Shown one piece after another: positions 47,895-56,445 of a DNA stretch of 64,000 nucleotides. Below the pieces are notes generated by a model. It had not been told where the DNA came from. It saw only the letters and a program-made list of their open reading frames with translations, and ran no database searches. The number at the start of each line of letters is the position of its first letter. The first letter of the stretch is position 1. Source of the DNA: Candidatus Kaiserbacteria bacterium CG10_big_fil_rev_8_21_14_0_10_45_20 (GTDB lineage: Bacteria > Patescibacteriota > Minisyncoccia > Phycocordibacterales > Phycocordibacteraceae). The position numbers and the translations under genes were made by a program. Location of the stretch: the NCBI GenBank assembly GCA_002773335.1, contig PFBH01000014.1:8023-72022 (forward strand), in the 5' to 3' direction.

Positions 47895-49853
47895 ATGAAT
47901 AACGCATCGTCTGGGAAAGGCTCTAAAAAACCTACATCACCAAAAAAAACACCGCCTGGTTTTGGAAAACGAGGTCCTCGTATTAAACGTCCACAAAATA
48001 AATATGGAGGAAACTTTACACTTTCGTTAATCGCAGCGCTCATTGTGTTAACGATCTACTCGTTTATGACTAGTCAGTCGGGCGATGTTGAGGATATCTC
48101 ACTCTCTACACTCGCGTCAGATATTAAGTCTGAGCTGGTAGAAGAAATTACCGTGCAAGGAGATACACTGACCATCGTGTATACAGACGAGACAAAAAAG
48201 AAGGCAAAAAAAGAACCAGACAGCTCGCTTTCAACAACGCTCGTAAACTATGGACTCACCCCAGACGAGTTTGCGTCAGTCTCTATACTTGTTGAAAACG
48301 AAGGAGGGTTTCGTTTTTGGTTCTTCTCACTCGCTCCAATTCTCGTTCCGCTACTCTTGATTGTTGTGTTTATTTGGTACCTCTCGCGACAGGTAAAGGG
48401 GGCGGGAGTGCAAGCCTTCACGTTTGGGCAGTCAAAAGCGCGTCTCATTGATCCGAAAGATAAGGTGCAACGAGTAACGTTTGCTGATGTTGCTGGCGCA
48501 AAAGAGGCGAAAGAAGAGCTAACAGAGATTGTAGATTTTCTAAAGAACCCAAAAAAATTCTTAGATATTGGAGCCACCATTCCAAAGGGTGTGTTAATGA
48601 TGGGTGCGCCGGGTACCGGAAAGACTCTCTTAGGGCGAGCTGTTGCCGGAGAGGCGGGAGTGCCTTTCTTCTCTATATCGGGTTCAGAGTTTGTAGAAAT
48701 GTTTGTAGGAGTTGGGGCAAGCCGTGTTCGCGACCTCTTTAAAATGGCGAAAGCATCGGCACCTGCAATTATATTTGTTGACGAAATTGACGCGGTGGGG
48801 CGCGTACGTGGAACCGGCGTTGGCGGTGGAAACGATGAACGCGAGCAGACACTGAACCAAATCTTGGTTGAGATGGACGGGTTTGAGCCAACAGAAAAGG
48901 TGATTGTGATGGCTGCGACAAACAGACCAGACGTACTTGACCCTGCGCTGTTGCGACCGGGGCGTTTTGACAGAAGGGTCACCATTGACCTGCCTGACCG
49001 TGATGGTAGAGAAGAGATACTCAAGATCCACGCCCGCAAAAAGCCACTCGCCGAAGACGTAAACCTGCGCGTCATTGCCGAGAGAACTCCAGGATTTTCT
49101 GGGGCTGACTTGCAGTCACTAATGAACGAAGGGGCTATCCTTGCCGCGCGAGAAGACCGCAAAAAGGTGTCGCAGTTTGACTTGGTGCGTTCAATTGAAA
49201 AGGTTATGCTCGGGCCTGAACGTAAAACACACTTGCTGAACAAGAAAGAAAAAGAAGTGACGGCATACCACGAAGCAGGTCATGCGCTCATTGCCTCGGT
49301 GTTGCCGTACGCTGATCCGGTTCACAAGATATCTATTATTTCTCGCGGTCGGGCAGCGGGGTACACACTAAAACTTCCTCTCGAAGATAAGAAGATGCAA
49401 TCTAAAAAAGAGTTCTTGGACGACATTGCTGTTTCTCTTGGCGGATACGTGGCAGAGAGAATGGTATTTGGTGATCTCACCACCGGCCCTTCAAATGACC
49501 TGCAAGTACTTACGTCACTGGCGCGCGATATGGTAACAAAGTATGGTATGTCGGATAAAATGGGACCGGTTGCGCTTGAAGGAGAGGGAGGCAAGGCGCT
49601 GTTTGGAAGGGGAGTAAATGAAAAAGAGTACTCAGAGCGCGTGTCGGCAGAAATTGACGCTGAGGTAAAACAGATTGTTGACGAAGCCTACGCAAAAGCA
49701 ACCACCATTCTGACCGACCACCGAAAGGCACTTGATGCCATCTCTGCAAAACTTATGGAAGTAGAAACGCTTGAGCGCGATGAATTTGAGAAGCTTTTGG
49801 TGGTTCACGGTATTGAGCCAAAGAAAAAACAAGACATAGAGCACCAAACGTAG
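47895..49853 (+). CDS. ftsH: ATP-dependent zinc metalloprotease FtsH
   Basis: Two TM segments, [42 protein letters not shown]. Confidence 0.97.
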   Translation: MNNASSGKGSKKPTSPKKTPPGFGKRGPRIKRPQNKYGGNFTLSLIAALIVLTIYSFMTSQSGDVEDISLSTLASDIKSELVEEITVQGDTLTIVYTDETKKKAKKEPDSSLSTTLVNYGLTPDEFASVSILVENEGGFRFWFFSLAPILVPLLLIVVFIWYLSRQVKGAGVQAFTFGQSKARLIDPKDKVQRVTFADVAGAKEAKEELTEIVDFLKNPKKFLDIGATIPKGVLMMGAPGTGKTLLGRAVAGEAGVPFFSISGSEFVEMFVGVGASRVRDLFKMAKASAPAIIFVDEIDAVGRVRGTGVGGGNDEREQTLNQILVEMDGFEPTEKVIVMAATNRPDVLDPALLRPGRFDRRVTIDLPDRDGREEILKIHARKKPLAEDVNLRVIAERTPGFSGADLQSLMNEGAILAAREDRKKVSQFDLVRSIEKVMLGPERKTHLLNKKEKEVTAYHEAGHALIASVLPYADPVHKISIISRGRAAGYTLKLPLEDKKMQSKKEFLDDIAVSLGGYVAERMVFGDLTTGPSNDLQVLTSLARDMVTKYGMSDKMGPVALEGEGGKALFGRGVNEKEYSERVSAEIDAEVKQIVDEAYAKATTILTDHRKALDAISAKLMEVETLERDEFEKLLVVHGIEPKKKQDIEHQT

Positions 49854-49886
49854 AGGGAAAGCGCTGAGTCGTTAGAGATCTATAAT

Positions 49887-49922
49887 AAAAAACACCTTCC
49901 GTTGTGCTCGGAAGGTGTTTTT
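49887..49922 (+). terminator. Intrinsic terminator after ftsH
   Basis: AAAAACACCTTCCG-TTGTGCT-CGGAAGGTGTTTTT. Confidence 0.8.
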
Positions 49923-50041
49923 GGTGAAACATTCTTGCAAAAACTCACTGCTTTTGTTGGGTTGTATATCCACATGGTGTGTGGATAGTATTTGTACGTT
50001 TAAACTATAATATAAAAGAGATAGTTTAAATGTTCGGTATT

Positions 50042-50734
50042 ATGTCAAAGTTTTCAAAACGAGACCTAGCGATTCGGATGCGAGAAAAAGGAATGAGTTA
50101 TTCTCAAATAAAAGAGCATTTGCAAGTCAGTAAAAGCACCCTTAGTTTATGGCTTCGTCATATGCCCCTCTCGGAACAGAGAATACGAGAACTGCGAGAT
50201 CACTCTGAGCAACGAATAGAGAAAACAAGGGAAACAAAACGAAAGAAAAAGTTACAGCGTATACGCAGTGTTTACTCTGAGGCTGTAAAAGATATTGGTA
50301 AAGTTTCAAAAAGAGAACTGTATATAGCGGGGTTTTTTCTCTATTGGGGGGAGGGGGTAAAAGCTGATCCGTATACAACGATGTTTACGAATACTGACCC
50401 TGCTATGGTGAAGTGTTTCATTCAGTGGATCGCTCTTTTAGGAGTAAAAAAATCTGACTTGAAAGTATATCTACACGTTTATAGTGATATGGACATTCCC
50501 CAAATAATTACATTCTGGTCTAATGAATTAAATATCCCTCAATCGTCGTTTCGGAAACCATACGTTAAAAAAAGTGTTGCTGGTAAACAAAAAAATTATA
50601 AGGGTCGTTTTGGTTTTGGTACCTGTAATATATATGTGCGTAATAGAGACATACGTGAAAAAATAATTATGTCTATTGCCAGGATACGAGAAGTCTATGG
50701 GGGTATTGCTTTTGACCCTGAAAAAGAGATATAG
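50042..50734 (+). CDS. tRNA-adjacent protein with N-terminal HTH and LAGLIDADG-like C-terminal domain
   Basis: KGMSYSQIKEHLQVSKSTLSLWLR (HTH); IAGFFLYWGEG followed by FTNTDP; ends 7 nt before a tRNA. Confidence 0.7.
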   Translation: MSKFSKRDLAIRMREKGMSYSQIKEHLQVSKSTLSLWLRHMPLSEQRIRELRDHSEQRIEKTRETKRKKKLQRIRSVYSEAVKDIGKVSKRELYIAGFFLYWGEGVKADPYTTMFTNTDPAMVKCFIQWIALLGVKKSDLKVYLHVYSDMDIPQIITFWSNELNIPQSSFRKPYVKKSVAGKQKNYKGRFGFGTCNIYVRNRDIREKIIMSIARIREVYGGIAFDPEKEI

Positions 50735-50741
50735 TTTAAAT

Positions 50742-50816
50742 CCGCCCTTAGCTCAATTGGTTAGAGCATCTAGCTTATACCTAGAAGGTTTCCTGGTTCG
50801 AGTCCAGGAGGGCGGA
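50742..50816 (+). tRNA. tRNA-Ile(UAU)
   Basis: Cloverleaf: CCGCCCT/AGGGCGG acceptor, GCTC/GAGC D stem, TCTAG-CT TAT AC-CTAGA anticodon arm, CCTGG-TTCGAGT-CCAGG T arm; CCA not encoded. Confidence 0.93.
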
Positions 50817-51220
50817 CATGATAGAGAAAAGCAAACTGCTTTGCTTTTCTCGATACATGTCCGAGCCGGAGCCATGTTTTTCCAGCAGGAAAAACAGGCG
50901 AGGCGGGGTCGCGGAATTTTGCGAGTGACTGACGAGCAAAATATCCGTGACGACCAGACAGAAATATCCCGCCTGCGCGGGATTTTCTGCGTCAGTCCGA
51001 GGCACAGGGTTGTGTGAGTTTGAGCGAAGCGAAAGGCGAACACCCCGAGCCGGGGTCACCACAAGAGTACTTCTATTTCTCTAATTCGATGACTCATAAG
51101 AGAAATTGGTCGCGCGAAAAATTTCCGTTAGGAAATTTATTTGTGACGACCAGATACAAATATCCCGCCTGCGCACTGTTTTTGTTTACATGTCCGAGCC
51201 GTACCACACGGGCACTTCAC
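50817..51220 (+). repeat. Modular structured trailer downstream of tRNA-Ile
   Basis: Blocks shared with the tRNA-Ser and tmRNA trailers; internal direct repeats GTGACGACCAGA..AAATATCCCGCCTGCGC (50947, 51143) and TACATGTCCGAGCCG (50854, 51187). Confidence 0.85.
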
Positions 51221-51282
51221 AAACGTGTGCAAAAAATCATTGTAGTGGCAATAACACATAACATCCTATATCATAGCTGTAT

Positions 51283-51675
51283 ATGGCAAAGGTAATACAA
51301 TTTCCCGGTAGCCCAGAGAAGCGAAGACGAATGGCTCAGGAAAGAAAATTAAGGGAAGATAGGGATTATTTTGATAAAAACAGAGCAAAGGTGCGCGTTG
51401 CCCTTGATCGACAAAAGGCATTTTCTCAACAAGTTTTTACAGAAGATATGCAAGGTAAAAAGAAAACACTCTTTGCTCACGAAAAAGACGCCTTTTCTCA
51501 AATGTCACTTGAAGACTTAATTCACGAAGCGTGGAATATTGACGAGACGGTATGGAGCGGTACACCAGCGCGAGCAAAGGCTTTCCTTTCTGCTCTGGGT
51601 GCTCGAATTGTTCGATGTGGTGGCTTTAGTGATGTTATTTCTGACCCTTCAGAGTATCCAGATGATATTGGATAA
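51283..51675 (+). CDS. Hypothetical protein (130 aa)
   Basis: ORF filling the gap between the tRNA trailer and recG; no recognised motif. Confidence 0.6.
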   Translation: MAKVIQFPGSPEKRRRMAQERKLREDRDYFDKNRAKVRVALDRQKAFSQQVFTEDMQGKKKTLFAHEKDAFSQMSLEDLIHEAWNIDETVWSGTPARAKAFLSALGARIVRCGGFSDVISDPSEYPDDIG

Positions 51676-51682
51676 GCTGACA

Positions 51683-53812
51683 CTATTCAAAGTGGAGGCT
51701 CCGAGCTTTCTTTTGAGACATCTCGCCAAGCGCGGGATGTTTTTTTAATATCGGATCTTTGGCAACCAATGCAAACGCTTCAGTGCGTGCCGCTTCAACC
51801 AGCTTAAGGTTTTTGAGTGCCTCCATTCCAATATCGGAGAGGCCGGATTGGTGCCTTCCGTATAATTCTCCAGCCCCCCTGATAGATAAATCTTTTTCGG
51901 CAAGCTCAAACCCATTCTTTGCTGTTTGTATTGCTTTTAATCGGGACGATTCGCTTTTGGCAGACGATTCAACCATTAAAAAACAGTATGGCTGGTGACT
52001 TGAGCGCATTACGCGCCCACGAAGTTGGTGGAGTTGTGCCAACCCAAACCTGTCAGCTCCCTCTATCATAATCACGGTAGCGTTTGGAACGTTTACACCA
52101 ACCTCAACGACAGAGGTTGCTACTAAAATATCTATCTCTCCGTTAGCGAACGAGTTCATCACGTCTTCTTTTTCTTTCGGAGTCATTTTGCTGTGCAATT
52201 TTTCAATACGCCACTCTGGAAACACGCTCTCTTTGAGGCGTTTTGTCTCTGACGCAACACTCCTCGTTTGAAGAGCCATATACTTTGTTGGATCAGGCTC
52301 ATCAATGCGCGGGCAAATAACGTATGCTTGATGACCCTCTTTCAGAAGTTCTAACACTTTTTTATACGCGGTGTCTCTTTTTGGAGGTGTAATGATATCG
52401 GTAACAATGGCCTTTCTTCCAAGAGGCATCTGCTCAAGTACCGTTAAATCAAGGTCTCCGTAGAGTGTGAGCGCAAGCGTGCGGGGTATTGGTGTTGCGG
52501 TCATTGAAAGGAGGTGGGGCGACGCACCGTCTTTTTTTGCAATTTCTTTTCTTTGCGCGGTACCAAATCGATGCTGTTCGTCGATAATAACGTAGGCGAG
52601 GTGTTTAAAATTAACTGTCTTCTGTATAAGAGAGTGCGTTCCAATAAGAATTGGAATTTCTCCATTTGCCACCCACTTTAGTAGTTGAGTGCGAGAAATA
52701 GGCGTCGCGTCTTTTTTATTTACCTTTGATGGAAACTTGTAACAACCGCTTGATGTTATAAGCCCGATATTGATAGGGTGATCGATAAAAAAATCGGTAA
52801 ATGTTTTAAAGTGTTGCTTTGCCAAAATCTCAGTCGGTACCATATAGGCAACCTGAAGGTTGCCAAAATCCTGCCCGTGGGGGCGCGAAGTCACTACACT
52901 GTAGGCGGTTGCAGCAGCGACAGCCGTCTTTCCGCTTCCTACGTCTCCTTCAAGGAGGCGGTGCATAGGGTAACTATTTTCAAAATCTTTCAAAATGTCA
53001 CTGATAGAGTCCACCTGCCCTTTTGTGGGGGTAAACGGAAACGAGTCAATAAACGTCTGAAGCTTTTTTTTGTCTGTGTCTATAACGTACGACTTCTCGT
53101 TTTTATTTCGCTCTCGTTCTTTTGCACGGTCAACTTGAATAAGAAACACCTCTTCAAATGCAAACCGTTTTCGCGCTGTTTCTGCGTCTTTTTCTTTTTT
53201 GGGTTGGTGCGCAAAGACAAACGAGTCTCTGAGTGATGGCAGGTTATATTTTTTTAAAATGGTAGGAGGTATAACGTCTTCAATAAAATCAAGCACATCA
53301 CTGCGCAGTACTTTTTGGATGGTGTGGTACAGCCACAGAGACGAGACGCCGGCTGACTCTGGGTACACCGGAAAGAGCCCTTCGTATCCCTCAAGAATGG
53401 GAATGCATGTTGCTTTCTCAACAACGGGGTTGGCGACATACTTCTTTCCGTTTCGTTCGGTTACTTTTCCACGAATACGAACGAGCTCTCCTTCTTGAAT
53501 CATTTTTGCCAGATACGGTTGATGAAACCACACAACACGGAGGGTATGAGATCCGTCAGAAAACGAACCTTCTGCCATCGGTACTTTTGTGCGGAATGAT
53601 TTTTTTATTTCTAATTTAGAAAACTGACCATATATAACCACTGTTTCATTTGGCTCTGCGGTTGCAATGCGCCTAATATCGGCAGAAGACTCGTACCGAG
53701 AGGGGATGTGGTACAAAAGGTCCAGCACCGTTTCTATACCAAGCTTTGTGAGGGCAACAGCTTGCTGTTTCTGTATCCTAAAATGAGAAGAGAGCGTATC
53801 GTGTGGCTTCAT
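51683..53812 (-). CDS. recG: ATP-dependent DNA helicase RecG
   Basis: RLLEGDVGSGKT, PTEILAKQH, IIDEQHRFG, MTATPIPRTL, QLHQLRGRV; start placed at ATG 53812. Confidence 0.96.
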   Translation of the reverse strand: MKPHDTLSSHFRIQKQQAVALTKLGIETVLDLLYHIPSRYESSADIRRIATAEPNETVVIYGQFSKLEIKKSFRTKVPMAEGSFSDGSHTLRVVWFHQPYLAKMIQEGELVRIRGKVTERNGKKYVANPVVEKATCIPILEGYEGLFPVYPESAGVSSLWLYHTIQKVLRSDVLDFIEDVIPPTILKKYNLPSLRDSFVFAHQPKKEKDAETARKRFAFEEVFLIQVDRAKERERNKNEKSYVIDTDKKKLQTFIDSFPFTPTKGQVDSISDILKDFENSYPMHRLLEGDVGSGKTAVAAATAYSVVTSRPHGQDFGNLQVAYMVPTEILAKQHFKTFTDFFIDHPINIGLITSSGCYKFPSKVNKKDATPISRTQLLKWVANGEIPILIGTHSLIQKTVNFKHLAYVIIDEQHRFGTAQRKEIAKKDGASPHLLSMTATPIPRTLALTLYGDLDLTVLEQMPLGRKAIVTDIITPPKRDTAYKKVLELLKEGHQAYVICPRIDEPDPTKYMALQTRSVASETKRLKESVFPEWRIEKLHSKMTPKEKEDVMNSFANGEIDILVATSVVEVGVNVPNATVIMIEGADRFGLAQLHQLRGRVMRSSHQPYCFLMVESSAKSESSRLKAIQTAKNGFELAEKDLSIRGAGELYGRHQSGLSDIGMEALKNLKLVEAARTEAFALVAKDPILKKHPALGEMSQKKARSLHFE

Positions 53813-53844
53813 GCTAAATTGTTTCAAGTATACCTCTCTTATAT

Positions 53845-55005
53845 ATGACACGAAAGAAAAAGTATATCGGCGCCCACTCCCTCTCTGAGCACAAGAAATT
53901 AAAAGGGAAGATCGAGGTTGTAGGAAAAGTGCACCTTAAAACACTTGAAGACTGGTCAACTTTTTACACGCCGGGGGTAGGGGCCGTTTCAACGCACCTT
54001 GGCAAAACTCCGGAAGATGCTCGTGTCTACACCATTAAACGAAACACGGTGGCAGTTGTCTCGGACGGCTCTGCTGTACTCGGCTTAGGAAACATCGGCC
54101 CTTATGGAGCACTGCCGGTGATGGAAGGTAAAGCACTTATCTTTAAAGATAGGGCGAACATTGATGCGTTTCCGATTGTGCTTGATACGCAAGACCCCGA
54201 CGAGATTATTGAGACGGTAGTGCGTATTGCCCCTGCCTTTGGAGGCATCAACCTTGAGGATATTGCCGCTCCACAGTGTTTTTATATTGAAGAAGAGTTA
54301 AAGAAACGACTACCAATACCGGTAATGCATGACGACCAACACGGCACCGCGATTGTCGTTTTAGCAGGGTTAATAAACGCACTAACGGTGGTAAAGAAAA
54401 AGTTGTCAGCAGTCTCTATTACTGTCGTTGGAGCAGGGGCCGCCGGTTTTGCCATCGCTCAATTATTAAAAAAAGCGGGAGCGTCTGACATTCGCGTCAC
54501 TGATCGAGTGGGGGTTATTGGAAAACATCGCGCAGGTCTTGCACCCCACAAAACCGTTTTGGCAAACCTCCCTACAAAACGTCCAAGAGCGGTAACACTA
54601 CTAGACGCGACGACTGACTCTGACGTCTTAATTGCGGTATCGGGCCCCGGTACGGTAACTGCTGAGCACATTATCGCGATGAATAGTAATGCCATTGTGT
54701 TTGCGCTCGCAAACCCGACTCCGGAAATTATGCCAAACATTGCAACGCAGGCGGGGGCAACAGTGGTCGCAACGGGGCGGTCCGATTTTCCGAACCAGAT
54801 AAACAACGCACTCGTCTTCCCGGGTATTTTTAGAGGGGCGCTTGATAGCGGTGTTTCCGATATTACTGAGGATATGAAACTAAAGGCCGCGTACGCGCTG
54901 GCACGGTTAGTGAAGGCTCCTCACAAAGATAATATTGTGCCGTCTGTCCTTGACGGTAAGGTGGCAAAGGCGGTGGCACGAGCGGTGAGCGGTTTTAAAA
55001 AATAA
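53845..55005 (+). CDS. NAD(P)-dependent malic enzyme
   Basis: YTPGV, VVSDGSAVLGLGNIG, PVMEGKA, INLEDI, HDDQHGTA, GAGAAG, ANPTPEI, NQINN. Confidence 0.94.
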   Translation: MTRKKKYIGAHSLSEHKKLKGKIEVVGKVHLKTLEDWSTFYTPGVGAVSTHLGKTPEDARVYTIKRNTVAVVSDGSAVLGLGNIGPYGALPVMEGKALIFKDRANIDAFPIVLDTQDPDEIIETVVRIAPAFGGINLEDIAAPQCFYIEEELKKRLPIPVMHDDQHGTAIVVLAGLINALTVVKKKLSAVSITVVGAGAAGFAIAQLLKKAGASDIRVTDRVGVIGKHRAGLAPHKTVLANLPTKRPRAVTLLDATTDSDVLIAVSGPGTVTAEHIIAMNSNAIVFALANPTPEIMPNIATQAGATVVATGRSDFPNQINNALVFPGIFRGALDSGVSDITEDMKLKAAYALARLVKAPHKDNIVPSVLDGKVAKAVARAVSGFKK

Positions 55006-55006
55006 T

Positions 55007-55663
55007 ATGTCGGCAGAGTCATTTAAGAGAGCAAGAGATCGTTGGCAAATTGAAAGAGAGGCTAAGATTTTTCTTTCAAAAAAAGGTATTGCAAAGTGGA
55101 AAGAGAGGTTAGAGCAAGAAGGGCTCCGTAAATTTCATGACGCGATTATTGATACTCGGTGGGTACGGGTTCCTGATATACGCGGTCGATTTGTGAGCGC
55201 TCGCCTCCGTACCGCGACAGAGAAAAAAGACCCGAAGCAGTTTTTATGGGCAATTAAGGTTCGTACATCAGCGCACTCTGAGGCAAAGCACATTAAAGAG
55301 TGTTACGAACTCGAAGGAAGTGGAGATTCAATGAAATCAGTACGAAAAGAACTCAAGAAACACTTAAGGGCGGTGCTCGGCAAAGAAACTCCAGACAAGT
55401 TGATAGAAGATAGGCGTCTTATAAAACGACGAGTGTCGTACGAAACGCAAGATCTTAACCACTCACTTTTTGGCGTACGGTTTGATATAGATACACTTGA
55501 GACTGTGAACGGTAAAAAAATAGACCCTCCCATCCACATTCTCGAACTAGAGGGGCTTTCGGAAACGTTGATACTCTCAGCGACTAAACACTTGGGGATA
55601 GATCCGCAAAAACTTTCTTCTATATCAGGCAAGGTATTGCTGAAAGAGACGGGGTATTTGTAG
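55007..55663 (+). CDS. Hypothetical protein, possible CYTH/triphosphate-tunnel family
   Basis: N-terminal IEREAK (ExExK), RLR, YELE, KRRVSY, FDID, LELEG pattern. Confidence 0.6.
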   Translation: MSAESFKRARDRWQIEREAKIFLSKKGIAKWKERLEQEGLRKFHDAIIDTRWVRVPDIRGRFVSARLRTATEKKDPKQFLWAIKVRTSAHSEAKHIKECYELEGSGDSMKSVRKELKKHLRAVLGKETPDKLIEDRRLIKRRVSYETQDLNHSLFGVRFDIDTLETVNGKKIDPPIHILELEGLSETLILSATKHLGIDPQKLSSISGKVLLKETGYL

Positions 55664-56232
55664 AGAGTGCGGGATGTGTCTTCGCTACGCTCGCACGCAT
55701 CGGTCACAGATATTTTGTTCGCCGTCGCTCACAAAATTCCGCGCGACCAATTTCTCTTACGAGTCTGCGAGTTAGAGAAATGGAAGTACTCTTGTGGTGA
55801 CCCTGTCTCGCGACCCATTCTGCTGAATGGGTACCCTGCTCCGGCTTTCGCGACTTTGTTTTGTTACGAACGAAGTGAGTTAGAAAACAAGAAGTGCCCG
55901 TGTGGTACGACTTTGTTTTGTTACGAACGAAGTGAGTTAGAAAACAAGAAGTGCCCGTGTGGTGAATCCCGACGTAAAGCACGCAGGTGCTTTACTCACT
56001 CTCCGCAGTATACTCACTGCGCTCGAATCTGCGGAGAGTGCGGGATGTGTCTTCGCTACGCTCGCACGCATCGGTCAGGAATAATTTGCTCGTCAGTCAC
56101 TCGCAAATTTTCACGACCCTGGCTCGTCTGTTTTTTCTGCTGAAAAAACATGACTGCGCCTTTCGAATCCCGACGTAAAGCACGCAGGTGCTTTACTCAC
56201 TCTCCGCAGTATACTCACTGCGCTCGAATCTG
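55663..56232 (-). repeat. Modular structured trailer downstream of tRNA-Ser with duplicated tRNA 3' ends
   Basis: 83-bp direct repeat 55964-56046/56165-56247; 44-bp repeat 55663-55706/56034-56077; 56-bp tandem 55851-55906/55908-55963. Confidence 0.9.
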
Positions 56233-56319
56233 CGGAGAGTGCGGGATTCGAACCCGCGAGGGCGGTTAAGCCCTACCTCGTTAGCAGTGAGGCGCTTTCG
56301 ACCACTCAGCCAACTCTCC
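56233..56319 (-). tRNA. tRNA-Ser(GCU)
   Basis: GGAGAGT/ACTCTCC acceptor, CCTCA-CT GCT AA-CGAGG anticodon arm, long variable arm AGGGC-TTAACC-GCCCT, GCGGG-TTCGAAT-CCCGC, discriminator G. Confidence 0.95.
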
Positions 56320-56410
56320 GTGTTATACACAATGAAGCGATGACTTCTATCTATCTTTCGACAGATGTTCCCGTCATATTGGGACAGGCAGCCAACTCTC
56401 CGTAAGGTGA

Positions 56411-56439
56411 ACTATATTGCATTTTCTTGTTAGTTGCAA
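56411..56439 (-). promoter_or_regulatory. Candidate tRNA-Ser promoter
   Basis: Minus strand TTGCAA-17-TATAGT. Confidence 0.6.
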
Positions 56440-56445
56440 AAACTA

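Noticed and set aside
49966-49988. Inverted pair of DnaA-box-like 9-mers (ATATCCACA/TGTGGATAG) as oriC
   Set aside because: Only two imperfect boxes, with no dnaA/dnaN or clear unwinding element nearby; could be a local operator.
50676-51295. ORFs across tRNA-Ile and its trailer
   Set aside because: They overlap the tRNA and non-coding repeats.
55851-55963. Tandem 56-bp repeats as a CRISPR array
   Set aside because: Only two adjacent copies separated by 1 nt, no unique spacers and no cas genes.
55667-56178. ORFs 55667-56143, 55704-55982 and 55987-56178
   Set aside because: They are translations of the repeat trailer with duplicated peptides and no protein-like features.
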